A stretch of 64,000 nt of DNA. It comes from Leucoraja erinacea. Lineage: Eukaryota. The notes beneath the pieces were generated by a model, which was not told the origin of the DNA, made no database searches, and worked only from the letters and a program-made list of their open reading frames with translations. Positions within the stretch are counted from its first letter, which is position 1, and every line of letters starts with the position of its first letter. Shown in pieces: positions 1 to 13,250 of the stretch. The stretch spans positions 62,806,001 through 62,870,000 of the forward strand of contig NC_073379.1 of assembly GCF_028641065.1 (NCBI RefSeq), written 5' to 3'. A program made the position numbers and the translations under genes.

Positions 1-519
1 TCTCTTAATACCTATAGAGTTTTGTATTTACATTGCCTCTTCAGAAAAACAACACCGGCTGCTTAAGGGGCACGAGCAATAGTTTCAGGTTTTACAGAGA
101 TTCCTAATAAGAAGGCAAAGGAATTTTGTGAACTTGGGTTACGAGGAGAACCAAAACATAGCCATTGATCATAGAGCAAGACGGTGCAGTGGATGGAGCA
201 CGGGTATAGTTGCAGGTGGAAAAGAGCAAAACCACCTGGATCAGAGGAATATTAATTTCCTGTAAACATTGGAGAATTGGAAGAGATTAGGGACTATGGT
301 GGAGCAGAAAATGAAGGCATTTGAGCACTAAAATGAGAATTCCAAGTCTCTGCAGTTAGGTCAAGATTAGTTGGAGGTACTGCATAAACATGACTTGGTG
401 AGATATAAGATACGGGGTGAGGAGTTGTGTACAAGGTAAAATCTCTTGTAGAAGTCCAGAAGAGCAATGAAATAGTCATGGTTGAAAGGAAAAAGTCCTA
501 GATGAGTATCACACCTCTA

Positions 520-1278
520 CAATACACAATACAATTTATTTGTCACTTGAACCTCATAGAGGCTCAAATGAAATGTTGTTTCTGCAGTCATACACACAAG
601 AAAAAAAGACCCAAGACACAACACAATTTACACAGACATCCATCGCAGCGCATCTCCTCCTCGCTGTGATGGAAGGCAAAAAAAACTTATCTCTCCCCTG
701 CACTCCCCATTCCCCTCCCGATGTCAGAGTCAAAGCCCCCGGCGGGTGATGGCAATTGTCCCGCGGCCATTAACGCCGCGCCGGGTGATGCAAGGCCACG
801 CTCCGGGTCTTGTTGGAGCCCCCGGCGGGCGCTAGCAAAGTCCCACAGCCGTTGAAGCCGCGCCGGGCGGTGATGCAAGGCCCCGCTCCAGGCACTCCTC
901 GACCCCGCGACTCGGGCGGGTGAAGTCGCCATTGCGGAAGCCCCGAAAAGCGGTCTCCCAGCAGGGACCCGCGGGCTCCCGGTGTCACTGTCCACCGGAC
1001 CTGCGGTAAGCCTCCGAATCCCCGGGGTCGGGTCGCAGCAGCGCGCCACCACCGCTCCACCCGCTCCGAACTCGGCCAGCTCTACGATGGTGAGTAGGTC
1101 CGCAGCTCCGCGACTGGAGCCCTAGGTCGTTCATGCTGGAGGCCGCTCCACGTTGCAGCCCCAATGACAACGGAGACCCGACAGGGAAAAGGTCGGGTTC
1201 TCCGTGCAGGGGATGAAAGCATTTGAGCACTAAAAGATTTTAACACACGCACGCACGCTCACACTCACACTCACACCC

Positions 1279-1335
<57 letters not shown>

Positions 1336-1468
1336 ACACACACACACACACACACACACAAACACCATCAAAAAAAAATAAAAACTACATTAAAACGGGA
1401 CAAAAAATATCAAAAAGACAGACGGACTGCAGAGGCTGCTGCGACGTGAGTCGCGCCGCCCACCGGAA
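520..1468 (-). mobile_element. CpG-rich non-coding retroposon with Rex1/Babar-type 3' tail
   Basis: Minus strand ends in hairpin-GTGACAAATAAA-(TTGTA)n. GC-rich body without a recognisable protein; shares blocks with 25485-26525, 38048-38830 and 55925-56240. Confidence 0.65.
1244..1360. repeat. (CA)n microsatellite inside the retroposon
   Basis: Directly visible. Confidence 0.95.
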
Positions 1469-2796
1469 CTCTAGGTAGACAGGTAGTGAGTGTGTGTAGA
1501 GTCTTGAAGCCCAGATCAGTATCAAATTGAATGCTGAAATTGTGAGCAGTCTAGATCAGTCTGAAAAACAAAAATTGCCATTGAGAGTGCAGTGTTTGTG
1601 GCTGGGGAAGAAGTCACTGCCCAGAGTAAAACTGGTTATTGAACTGACTACATGAAATCATATGGGTATTTGAAAATAATTGGTGCAGTGATGGAACAGA
1701 GTTTTTGCATTGTTATTTGGACTTCATGTCTGTGAAATTTTCTTATTCGTTCAGGAGATGTGACAGTGAGTGGAAATGTCAATTTTCACAGTCCATGGTT
1801 GTAGGTGTAGGGTGAGAAGACATTTCCGGATATGCTGTTGGTATAATCACCAGCTAATTGTGAAATCAAGCAAGGACAATTCCACCGTTTTGGATGACAG
1901 GAAAGCATTTGGGAAGACGATGAAGCAAAGATTGCAGATACAAAAAAGGATAAAGATCACTAATCATTTGTTATTTTGATGAGGAGAATTTTAATATTGC
2001 GGCTTGTATGAAAATCTTATTAGGGTTTCAGATATGTAATTACAGAAAAGATGGCAACACATTTAAGAGTTGATACTGTGATGCTGAGTGCAATCTTTTC
2101 TATTTACTTTGTGGTAAAGTTTTGCCCTTTATGTATATTCATTAATGCAAAGCACAACCTGGGGTGTAGAATGTTTACTTACAATTTAACTATGGAGCTG
2201 AGAGACATTGCCCGTCCTCTTCTTTAATAATCTGTCATTGGATATGAGCCGACATACACTTCAGATGCACTTAATTGACTATGAAACCGAATGGAATGCC
2301 TGGTCAAAAAGCACTTTATGCATGAACATTTTAAAAGTATTTTAAGCAGCTTAAATGAAATGTTATTTCCACCTCGCATTTGCATTTTTTTTCCTTTTTA
2401 CTCCTATCTCCTTTAAAATCTGTGAGAGAAACTATAATCCAAAGATTAGAGAGAATTGAAAGAAAGATTGATGTATTCCCCTTCCATCACTTTCTCCAGT
2501 GCTCTCCGTCACTTCTGATAGCTCCACACAATGCCAACACTCACGGCTCATCAATTTTCTCTAGTATTTCACTTTATTTTCATTCTCTGTATAGAAATTA
2601 CAACACACAAACCAATCGGCCAAACAAATTAAAGAAACATGCTAGCTCTTCACAGAAGTTCTTTACTCACAGCCCGTAATATCTTTCTCAAACTTGCTCC
2701 ATTAGTTTTCTCCACTATCACTGTATCAAATTAAATCTATGTTCAGATTTGTGATTTAATGTATTTTCAAAAAATCCAAAATACTGTCTCTTTCAG

Positions 2797-2934
2797 AAAA
2801 ACTATTTGGCTATCAACTTCTCCCACTGAACCTTTGACACACTGGTACCAGGTGCGCTGTCTCCTACAGACCCCGCTGTTTGCTAAAGAAGGCGAGACGT
2901 TCTCAGGGAAAGTTTTACTTGTGGCAAATAAACG
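2797..2934 (+). CDS. CARM1L: CARM1-like (PRMT4 paralogue) coding exon, THW loop
   Basis: tttcag|...|gtgaga, phase 2-2; encodes [46 protein letters not shown], matching CARM1 [29 protein letters not shown]. Confidence 0.93.
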
Positions 2935-3467
2935 GTGAGACATAAAATGCACTAGATTGTAATGGCCTTGATGTGTCTTATCGCTATTTGGTATAGACAG
3001 AATTAAAGATGAACGAGTAACAAATAGAAAAGGTGGATCTCCTAGATGGAAGATAGGGAAAAATGCACCATATTCAGCTTAAATGTGACTCAGTTTAGTC
3101 TGAAAAATAGAAAATTGCATTGAAGCCCAAGCTTGCCGGATGTGATTTACAAGTGGGCCTGTAAATGGACAAGGATTCTTCCCATCTGACACAGGCTGCT
3201 TAGTATGCAAATTTGGACTGCTGGTTTACTTTTCATTTACATAGTGCTGAAAGAGTTGCATGAAACATTACCACAGCACATAGTTTGTCTTCCCATGTAC
3301 GCTGGCAACATGTTCTACCACAGAAGTATCAGTGTTGATGTATCTGTCTCCAAATTATCTGCCACCCTGTGAAGGATAAATTATCTCCCATCAATAGTAA
3401 GGAGGATATGAGCCATTGTCTCCTGTCCTCACCACAAACCCATTCCAAATCTATCAATTCTATTGAA

Positions 3468-3567
3468 AGCTGGAGTAACTCAGCGGGTCAGACAGCATCT
3501 CTGGAGAAAAGGAATAGGTGGTATTTCGGATCAAGACCCTTCTTCAGACTGAGAGTCAGGGAAAGGG
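3468..3567 (-). mobile_element. Penelope-like element tail fragment with degenerate hammerhead core
   Basis: Reverse complement reads CTGAAGAAGGGTCTTGATCCGAAA followed by the family tail. Confidence 0.7.
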
Positions 3568-3883
3568 ATTCTATCTCCCTCTGACAACTGAATCAGACTG
3601 CTCATAAACGTGAAGGTCTTTTTTGACCACAAAGATCGCTTTTGGCATGAGACATCTTCACCATTTTTGCATTGTATTACTACACGACCCCCACATTTGA
3701 AAAACTGGTAAATAACCTGACTGAATATTCACCCATCCATGTTGATGCTTCATCAGCTGAACGAGAGAAATGAACACTCCTTTAAATCACTTCTATTGAC
3801 AGCAGTGCCAGAGATCACCTTGGATCTTATCTGCCCAGATGAAAATGACAATTTATGTTTTTTAAATCAACTGTGATATACAA

Positions 3884-4160
3884 TATTCCAAGATGGCGGC
3901 GCCCTGGTTGGCTGCGGCTGCATTGACTCTCGTCGGGGATAGTGATAAGTTTTCTAAGGTCCGGTTCCATAACTTGCAGCGGGCAGGCTGCAAGTTAATG
4001 TACGATCGTGGGGCACTACTGAGATATGGACGCACCTGGAACTTTTAACTATTAACTGATTTTGGAGAGTAAAATGCAACGAAATTTCGTTCAATGTGCA
4101 CTGTGTCTAGGTGTATATCTGAATGACAATAAAGTTTTCATTCATTCATTCATTCATCAA
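3884..4160 (+). mobile_element. Short retroposon with YY1-like head and Rex1-type tail
   Basis: CAAGATGGCGGC at 3889-3900; ends AATTTCGTT...TGACAATAAA(TTCA)n. Confidence 0.6.
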
Positions 4161-4401
4161 TCACTAAATCTTGCACTGTGCCCCGCAGAATTACGTGCAG
4201 TCTCTTGATTATATGAATGTAAGCAACTTCTGTACCTTGCTTTACAAAATAGAAGAAACACTTTTAATTGCACACATAGTTTGTTCAGTGTTCTCACTTG
4301 AGAAATGAGTGTGAAACAATTCTTCCGCATTTGTGTTATTATTGTTAAGAATTGACATGGGGTTTATTTAATTTTAATTAATTTTGAAGGTATTGATTTT
4401 T

Positions 4402-4533
4402 GATTAGTACGGGTGTCAGGGGTTAAAGGGAGGGCAGAAGAATGGGGTTAGGAGGGAGAGATGGATCAGCCATGATTGAATGGCGGAGTATACTTGATGG
4501 GCCGAATGGCCTAATCTTGCTCCTATCACCTAT
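4402..4533 (+). mobile_element. CR1 LINE 3' end fragment
   Basis: GATCAGCCATGATTGAATGGCGG...GGGCCGAATGGCCT tail shared with the long CR1 copies. Confidence 0.75.
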
Positions 4534-5407
4534 ACCCTTGTTAAAAGAACACTCACTTTTTTTGACATAACTGCATTTTTAACATATTTTTGACTAGAGT
4601 GAACGTTGTCATGGTTCTTTAACATTGGGTAAAGGCAGTGAATGTGAGCTACTTTCTCTGGGTACAAACTACACATATTCCCACCTGTGCTTCAGTCCCC
4701 ATTTCCCAATCCGAGCCATGTTCTGACCCTGACCTCTGGCAATGCTTCTTGGTTCCACTCCAAATCCATTCCCCAACTCCTGACTAATGTTTGGCCACTG
4801 ACCTGGTCTCATAGCAAACTGCATCTCATCTGCTCGCCTGATCATGTTTTTGAGCACACTTCTGTTGTGATCCCACTGTCAGAGGAGTAGGAGTGTACCC
4901 AGCCACTTGCTGTGGGTGGATGACTAACATAGAAGCAGGTGTGTCACTAGCTAACTGGGTTTGAGCATAGTATGTACATAGCCGTTCAGTGCAATGGTCG
5001 TTCAATCTATGGGAAGAAATTAGCCATCATTATCATACTGATTAATAACCAAATCAAGTTATCCTTTTTTGCGAAATGTGACTGATGTCAGAAGAGTCAT
5101 TGGATAAACCTTAAGGAAAGTTTATGATAGGGTTTATGTTGCACAACCTGCCAAACTAACAGTGCCAATAAAAACTAAGGTGACAAAAAATGCAGCCTTT
5201 TCTTTAATGATAAATTATTTTGCAATAGATTCCACATCCAAATATCTCAACTCCATCATCATGAAGAGATTGAACTATCTGTATGAAGAACTATTGGTAT
5301 CTTTAGACATAGATCAGTAATAACTCGATGTGCAATGTGATCATGAGTAGGTCTACTAAGGAGATGAGACGACAGTTAAAAGGTTCATATAAAAACGTAT
5401 TGCTATC

Positions 5408-5705
5408 AGTTTAGTTTAGAGATACAGCGCAGAAACAGGCCCTTTGGGCCACCGAGTCCACACCGACCAGAGATTCTGGTACATTAGCACTATCCTACAC
5501 ACTTTTACATTCTTTACCAAAGCCAATTCACCTACAAACCTGTGCGTCTTTGAAGTGTGGGAGGAAACCGGAGCACCCGAGGAAAACCCACGCGATCACA
5601 GGGAGAATGTACAAATTCCGCACAGACAGCACTCGTAGTCAGGATCGAACTTGGGTCGTTGGCCCTGTAAGGCAGCAACTCTACCGCTGCGCCACTGTGC
5701 TGCCC
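5408..5705 (-). mobile_element. tRNA-derived V-SINE (HE1-like)
   Basis: Reverse complement of the 9823-10128 family; tRNA-like head, V-domain, (CTAAA)n tail. Confidence 0.85.
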
Positions 5706-5799
5706 AGTTGTATATTTCCATCAATGTCCAGGCTCTAATAAATTGATCAGGGAAAATAAGTTTGTTTTACTTGGGTCTTCCTCTGCCTTCACATTGCAG

Positions 5800-5889
5800 G
5801 CAAAGTTACGATATTCATATTATGGCGATGGTAGACCAGACAGGCTTCAAGTCTGGGAACCTACTGGACTTAAAGAATCCTTTCTTCAG
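5800..5889 (+). CDS. CARM1L: CARM1-like coding exon, end of catalytic beta-barrel
   Basis: ttgcag|...|gtaagg, in phase with the previous exon; [31 protein letters not shown] vs CARM1 [31 protein letters not shown]. Read-through gives TAA at 5891-5893. Confidence 0.93.
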
Positions 5890-6424
5890 GTAAGGCATTC
5901 AGTTCTGTACCTTTGTTAAATTGCTATAGTCCAAATTGATAGTATTCATCAGTATTACTGCACTATAAAGCAGTGCTGCTTGAACATGATTTGATATGCA
6001 CAGTAATGCTTTGTGAAGATATAGGAGATATCTTTGGGAAGATATAGTCATAAATACAATATTTTGAATTTTAATGAATCAATGGTTAATGATCCTTGTA
6101 TTGTGATAGAATTAGCCAGTAAACATTCAAACATACAAGAATGATATTAATCATTACTCATTTTCTTTTCTACTTTTTCTCTCATAACTAATGTTTATAT
6201 TCTGATGCATCACCTGTGCTCAGCTGTTCGTTGGCTTCACGCATGCAGATGTTTTCCCCCTCCCTTTCCATCTCCATCTCTCTGAAGAAGGTATTAGATT
6301 CGACAACCTTTAGTCTGAAAACTCTTCCTGAGATCTGATGCCTTTGGAGTGTAAATTGTATCAGAAAGCCTCCAAGGAAAGATGTGGGTCTAAGTCCTGC
6401 TCCAAAGATGGGAACCTGCTGGAC

Positions 6425-8198
6425 TGATATGTGAAGAAGAAAAGATTAGTGAAGAAAAATGTAGGTCCCTTACAGTCAGAAACAGGTACATTTATAATGG
6501 GAAACCAGCAAATGGCAGACCAGTTAAACGAGTACTTTGGTTCTGTCTTCACTAAGGAAGACACAAACAATCTCCCAGAAATACCAGAGGACTGAGGATC
6601 TAGAGGGAGGGAGGAACTGAAGGGAATCCACATTAGTCAGGAAATTGTGTTAGATAAACTGTTGGGACTGAAGGCAGATAAATCCCCAGGGCATGGAGAT
6701 CTGCATCCCAGTGTACTCAAGGAAGTGGCCCTAGAAATCGTAGATGCATTGGTAATCATTTTCCAATGTTCTATAGAATCAGTTCCTGTGGAGTGGAGGG
6801 TAGCCAATGTAACCCCATTTTTTAAGAAAGAAGGGAGAGAGAAAATGGGGAATTATAGACCAGTTAGCCTTACAACGGTAGTGGGGACAATGCTTGAGTC
6901 GATTATTAAAGATGTAATAGCAGCACATTTGGATGGGATTGGTCAAAGTCAGCATGAATTTTTGAAAGGGAAATCATGCTTGATTAATCAGGATTTTTTT
7001 AAGGATGTAACAAGTAGAACGGATAAGGGAGATCCAGTGGATGTGGTGTATCTGGACTTTCAAAAAGCCTTTGACACGGTCCAACACAAGAAATTTGTGT
7101 GCAAAATTAGAGCACATGGTATTGGGGGTAGGGTATTGACATGGATAGAGAACTGGTTGACAGACAGAAAGCAAAGGGTAGGAATTAACGGGTCCTTTTC
7201 AGAATGGCAGGCAGTGACTAGTGAGGTGTTGCAAGTCTCATTGCTGGGACCCCAGATATTTGCAATATATATTAATGATTTAAACGAGAGAATTAATTGT
7301 AGCATCTCCAAGTTTGCTGATGACACAAAGCTGGGTGGCAGAGTGAACTGCGAGGAGGATGCTATGAGGCTGCTGGGTGACTTGGATAAGTTGGGTGAGA
7401 TGGCAGATGCAGTATAATGTGGATAAATGTGAGGTTATCCACTTTGGTGGCAAGAACAGGTAGGCAGATTATTATCTGAATGGTGTCAGATTATGAAAAG
7501 TGGAGTGCAACGAGACCTGGGTGTCCTTATACATCAGTCCCTGAAAGTACCTGTCCCTGCAGGTACAACAGGCAATGAAGAAAGCTAGTGGCACGTTGGC
7601 CTTCATCGCAAGAGGATTTGAGTTTAGGAGCAAAGAGGCCCTGGTGAGACCACAACTGGAGTATTGTACGCAATTTTGGTCTCCTAATTTGAGGAAGGAC
7701 ATTCTTGCTATTGAGGGAGTGCAGCATAGGTTCACTAGGATACTTCCCGGGATGGCGGGCCTGACATATGATGAAAGAATGGGTCGACTGGATTTATATT
7801 CACTGGAATTTAGAAGGATGAGAGGGACTCTTATAGAAACAAAAAAAATCTTAAGTGATTAGACAGGAAAAATGTACCCCATGTTGGGGGAATCCAGACC
7901 AGGGGTCACGGTTTAACAATAAGGGGTAGGCCATTTAGGACTGAGATGAGGAAAAACATTTTCACCCAGAGAGTTGTGAATCTGTGGAATTCTCTGCCAC
8001 AGAAGGCAGTGGAGGCCAGTTCACTGGATGTTTTCAAGTGAGTTAGATTTAGCTCTGAGGGCTAATGGAATCAAGGGATATGGGGAAAAAGCAGGAACGG
8101 GTCACTGATTTTGGATGATCAACCATGATCATTGAATGGCGGTACTGGCTCGAAGGGCCAAATGGCCTACTCCTGCACCTATTTTCTATTTTTCTATG
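6425..8198 (+). mobile_element. CR1 LINE, 5'-truncated, disrupted ORF2
   Basis: ORF 6647-7417 has NYRPVSLT, YLDFQKAFD and KFADDTK RT motifs; downstream frameshifts; CR1 3' tail. Confidence 0.95.
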
Positions 8199-8403
8199 GA
8201 ACACAATAAATGAAGGGGTGCTGTGTATATAAAGGTTGGTTTCTTTCAAATGGGATTAGGGAGTTATTTCCAGTCTTTTAGTTAATTAATATTCCTAAAA
8301 ATAAATACAAGTGTTGCTCTTTATTACATTTTGTGACCTTAGAACAGCTATATTTGGAATGTACTTCATCTGTAGAGCACCCAGGATCGATCATGCCGGA
8401 CGT

Positions 8404-9082
8404 GTTTAGTTTAGAGATACCATGTGGAAAACAGGCCCTTTGGTCCACTGAGTAGACCAATGATCACCCCATAATAATAATAATAAATTTTATTTATGGG
8501 TGCCTTTCAAGAGTCTCAAGGACACCTTACAAAAATTTAGCAAGTAGAGGAAAAACATGTAAGCGGAATGAAATAAATAGTAGAGACATGACTAGTACAC
8601 AAATTAAAGACAGAATTCAATTCAAAACACAATATGAGGCAATTCAAGCACAGATGAAAAGGGAGGGGGACGTGGGGCTAAGGATAGGCAGAGGTAAAGA
8701 GATGGGTCTTGAGGCGGGACTGGAAGATGGTGAGGGACACGGAATTGCGGATCAGTTGGGGGAGGGAGTTCCAGAGCCTGGGAGCTGCCCTGGAGAAGGC
8801 TCTGTCCCCAAAACTGCGGAGGTTGGACTTGTGGATGGAGAGGAGACCGGCTGATGTGGATCTGAGGGACCGTGAGGGTTGGTAGGGGGAGAGGAGGTCA
8901 GTGAGATATGGGGGGGCCAGATGGTGGAGGGCTTTGTAGGTGAGGACAAGGATTTTGTAGGTGATCCGGTGGGAGATGGGAAGCCAGTGAAGTTGTTTGA
9001 GGACTGGAGTGATGTGATGCCAGGATACACTGGTTCTATCCTACTCACTGGCAACAATTTACATTAACCTACAAACCTGCAG
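8404..9082 (-). mobile_element. V-SINE 3' part (8404-8470, 9026-9082) split by an L2 insertion
   Basis: SINE tail sequence resumes on the far side of the L2. Confidence 0.6.
8471..9024 (-). mobile_element. L2 LINE 3' end
   Basis: Minus strand encodes GDRAFSRAAPRLWNSLPQLIRNSVSLTIFQSRLKTHLF; ends AATAAA-(TAT)n. Confidence 0.85.
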
Positions 9083-9159
9083 GGGGGGGGAAGACTGGAC
9101 TGCTTGATTTTTCAATAACGTAATATTGTCACGTTAATTGACACCAACCTCCATGGAGA

Positions 9160-9335
9160 GAGAGACGCAAGAGACTGCAGATGCTGGAAGTTGGAGAACA
9201 AAATGAGTTGCTGGAGAAACACATTGGGTCAGGTAGCATCTGAGGAGGCAAAGGCATGGTTGATGTTTTAGGTGAAGACACTGCACGTCCCTTTGCTGCC
9301 TGGCCCACTGAGTTCCCCCAGTACCTTGTTTGCTG
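9160..9335. mobile_element. Degenerate fold-back Penelope-tail mini-element
   Basis: ACTGCAGATGCTGG arm followed by the inverted TGCTGCCTG...CTGAGTT arm. Confidence 0.55.
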
Positions 9336-9822
9336 CCTAAAATCTCAATATACAAATAGTTCAAATGAGTAATTTTATGAATTAACACTTTTTTACTGTA
9401 TCTTCGTGCATCGAGGATGACATTACAAACCCTAAAATTATTTTGTATTCGCAAAGGAAAAGGATTGCAGAAGGAAAACGTGAGGACTGAAAGCATATCT
9501 TGAATATGATAGTGAAGTATAATGAGTATAGATCTGTTTGAATATTTTATGTTTGTCTAAACAGGTGGTCTGTACTAATATTAAATGTTAAAGAAAGATG
9601 ATGAAATATTGGTGATCATATCCAATATGAGGAAGAACTATTAAAGTGAAGAGTAATAACAGAAATTTTAGTGCCTGGGTTTAATGCATTGAATCTATTG
9701 CACTCTATTAATATCCTTTAATCGTGGTAAATATTAATAATTTGCACTTAAACAAAAGGGCCATAATTTAAAAATTCATAAAGGATTACAAAATCCATCA
9801 GAAGATTAAGGGTGATAAAAAT

Positions 9823-10128
9823 GCGGCACAGTGGCATAGCAAAATAGTTGCTGCCTTACAGCGCCAGAGACCCGCGTTTGATCTTGACTCCGGGTGTTAT
9901 CTGTACGGAGTTTGTACATTCTCCCCGTGACTGTGTGTGTTTTCTCCAAGATCTCCGGTTTCCTCCCACACTCCAAAGATATACAGGTTTGTAGGTTAAT
10001 TGGCTTGGTGTAAATGTAAATTGTCCCTAGTGTGTGCAAGATAGTGTTAATGTGCAGGGATCGCTGGTTGGTGTGGACTCGGTGGGCTGAAGGGCTTGTT
10101 TCTGTGCTGTATATCTAAACTAAACTAA
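9823..10128 (+). mobile_element. tRNA-derived V-SINE (HE1-like), full length
   Basis: A/B-box-like head, V-domain CTGTACGGAGTTTGTACATTCTCCCCGTG...GGTTTCCTCCCACA, CR1-like tail GGGCTGAAGGGCTTGTTTC, (CTAAA)n. Confidence 0.9.
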
Positions 10129-12324
10129 TAAAAAAATTCTAGACAGCCAGAAGATATTGATGGATTGATCAGATGGGTGCGACATAAAACTCCGTACCGT
10201 ACTTCCATCCCTACACGTACCTTTACCCATTCTTCAGATGCTCCTTAATTCATAATTCTTTGACTAAGCGTGTGGCCACCTGTCCTGATATCTGCTTATG
10301 TAAGTTGAGGTTATATTTCACCTTTGACCTCCCTTGTGAATCATCTTCAGGCATTCCTGAAAAAAATCATTTGCACCTCACAGGAACTAATACGATTTTG
10401 CAATATATGTGTCGGAGGTGCAACTACATATTTTTAAAAATTAGTTCATTATGTGAAAGAAAAGGCTTTACAATCTTAACTTTGAAAATATGATTAATCG
10501 TTACATAATAAACATTTCAGCCAAATCTAAAAAACAGGTAAATACTGATGAAGGATCTGATGAAAATGTTAGTTATTTTATTTTTCTATCATTTTTCAAT
10601 TTGTCCTTTAGTTTTTACGAATGACAAGTTATGAAAAAGCTCAGTCCAAACTGACACCAGCATATCTTCTGAACAAGATACTCAGGTGACTGCAATGCAA
10701 CAATATCAAGGTGGAACTTGAATCAGCGTTTTTTGATGATGCCTCCTAATTGCAGTATCCCCTCTCTAGAATATTTTATCAATCTGTATTAATTAATGAA
10801 TTAATAAATGCACAATGTGTCATCACTAGTGTTACCAATGTGCAAACACTTGTGCAAAACATCAGATACAGCCTGAGATTTTGAATTGACCAAAAGCAGC
10901 CAGATATACATCTGTTGTCAGCTGCATGGTAATAAGAATAATGTCATAACTGTGTAGCCTGTTTTATACATGTATATGGTATATATGAGTGTGATGTTAC
11001 TGTGTAGTAGGTCAGATACAATTAAGAATATTGTGTAAATAGAACAGTCATATCAACTTTAATAATGGTTAAATTGCAACTTTAATGGATAAATTGCAAG
11101 AAATCGTTTCAATACTTGCCTAAAAGAAATTATTTTAGAATTAAAAGGTTCAATAAGTATGGCTTATTTATATCTCCAACATTCTATATGAAATGTAAAA
11201 TATATTTTTCACTGCTCCATGACCTGCAACCAAGAATTATTAACTATTTTCACTGATTAAATTGCAATTTCTCCATACTTGGGCCTGTAGCATTGTTTTG
11301 CCCAATATCGAACTTGTATCTGGATTAGATGTAAAATAACATTATAGCGTACAAAACTCTACTGTCCCACAAATGATCCAAAGTAGAGGATGATGCCCAA
11401 ATGCCCAAGCTGCTGATTGCTTGTTCTTGACCAGCCATCTTTGCAGTATTTCTCAACTAATTTTAGTTCTAGCCTGTATCAAGTTATGGCTGGTGTAATC
11501 ATGACATTGGATGTTGCTTCAATGTCTGTGAGAAGCAAATGACTACACCAATCATCTCTGCCAACTATGCCATCAGTATAAAATTATTCCTTTATTATTA
11601 TTTTTGAAACTTTTTTAAATGTTACCCAATTACCCACTTCAACAGGAAACCAAGTGTTTAGGTATTTAAATGATTACACATGTGAAAGAAAAAGAGGGGC
11701 TTTAGACTAGTGGTGTATCTTTGGAAAGGGATTTTTAAAAATAAACTTTCCAACTATGTTTATAAATCATACCTCGTAATATTTAGAAGATTCACAGTCC
11801 AAAACCAATCCATAAAGCATCTGCAAGAATCTGCTCCCAAAAGGGTCAGATCCTGCTTTGAATTAAGAACACACATCGAAGAGCAAAGAATCCTTAAGAC
11901 CCTGTTACACTTTCTTTTCCACAGAATTTTCCAATGAAAGTATCTGAGTTTGCTAGAATACTCAAATGCTTTTCTAGAAGGATATGTTCTACTCAAACTG
12001 CACCAAAAAACATATTTCCTGGTAAGTGAAAAAACAAATGTTAGAACTGAAAATGTAACTCCTGCATGTATGATGGCACAATAGTGCCTAGTTCATAGAA
12101 TGGGGCATCTATATTCAGACGAGCCTAAGCTCCAACACACCTGTTTAGTGTCAGGACAGATGCCTGCTACGCGCTAGACAGCAGCAAGTTCTTTCAGATT
12201 AGTCTGAACTGAATGATCTGTGAAAAAACTACCTCTTATACCAAGTGGCAATGGTAATACCTGTTAATAGGAAGAAAATGAACTGTGGTCTTGGATTAAG
12301 TTAAGGTCGTTTTATTATCAATCG

Positions 12325-13250
12325 GAGAGACACGACAGACTGCAGAGTTTAGAACCAAAAACACACAGTTGGAAAAGGTCAGTGAGTCAGGCAGCAACTG
12401 TGGAGGGAAATGGATAGACAATGTTTTGTGTTGGTACCCTTCAAGATAAGCAGCATCTGTACATTTCCCTCCAAAGATGCTGCTGACCCGCTGAGTAGAG
12501 GAGAGCTGGTTGGTAGCAAGAAGTGAGAGTTAGGGGTAGGGCAGCTGGCAAATGATAGGTGGATGTAGGCAAGGATGAGTTAATTGGCAAATGGCTCGGG
12601 TGGGGAAGAGAAGGGTAGAGATAGTCACAAAGGCTTGAAGTAATAGTAATGGGTAGAATACAGGGGGGGGGATGGGAATAGATAAATAGAGGACTCTCGG
12701 TAGGGAATAGTGGATGATGAGCAGATGGAGGGGACAGAAACTGACATAGGCAGGGGGAGTGGAAAGAAAGATGAGCATGGGGGAGGAGCTGGGTAGATGC
12801 GGAGGGGTGCAGTTAACCTGGATTTGTAGAATTCAATGTTCATGCCATTGGGTTGTAGGCTATCCAAGCAGAATGCGAGGTGCTGCCCTTCCAGTTTACA
12901 TGTGGATTCGCTCTGGCAGTGGAGGAGGCCAAGGCCATATGGTCAGAATGGGAAGGGGAATTAAAATGTCCAGCATCTCGGAGCTCCAGCTGGCCCTGAT
13001 AGGCAGAGAGCAAGAGTTCAGCAAAGTGTTTGCCTAATCTACACTTTGATCTCACTGATGTAGATGTAGTGACATGGAGAACAATTAATGCATAGACAAG
13101 GTAGGAGGAGGTGCATGTAACCTGTCTCACCTGAAAGGGCAGTAGGGGTCCCCAGTTGTAGGTGAGGGAGGAATTACAGGGACAATTGTTTCACCTCCTG
13201 CAGTTGCAAGTGAAAGTGCCCGGGAACAGATGAACGAACCAAGGAGTTAC
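12325..13250 (-). mobile_element. Penelope-like element fragment (GIY-YIG endonuclease plus tail)
   Basis: Degenerate minus-strand peptides RQVTCTSSYLVY and LDSLQPNGMNIEF match the 41304-41642 ORF. Confidence 0.8.

Noticed and set aside
1-2790. Preceding CARM1-like exon (HGLAFWFD region)
   Set aside because: Not found by eye; presumably upstream of the window. The region looks like old LINE debris that I could not classify.
9823-9900. tRNA genes at SINE heads
   Set aside because: They run straight into V-SINE bodies; no complete cloverleaf.
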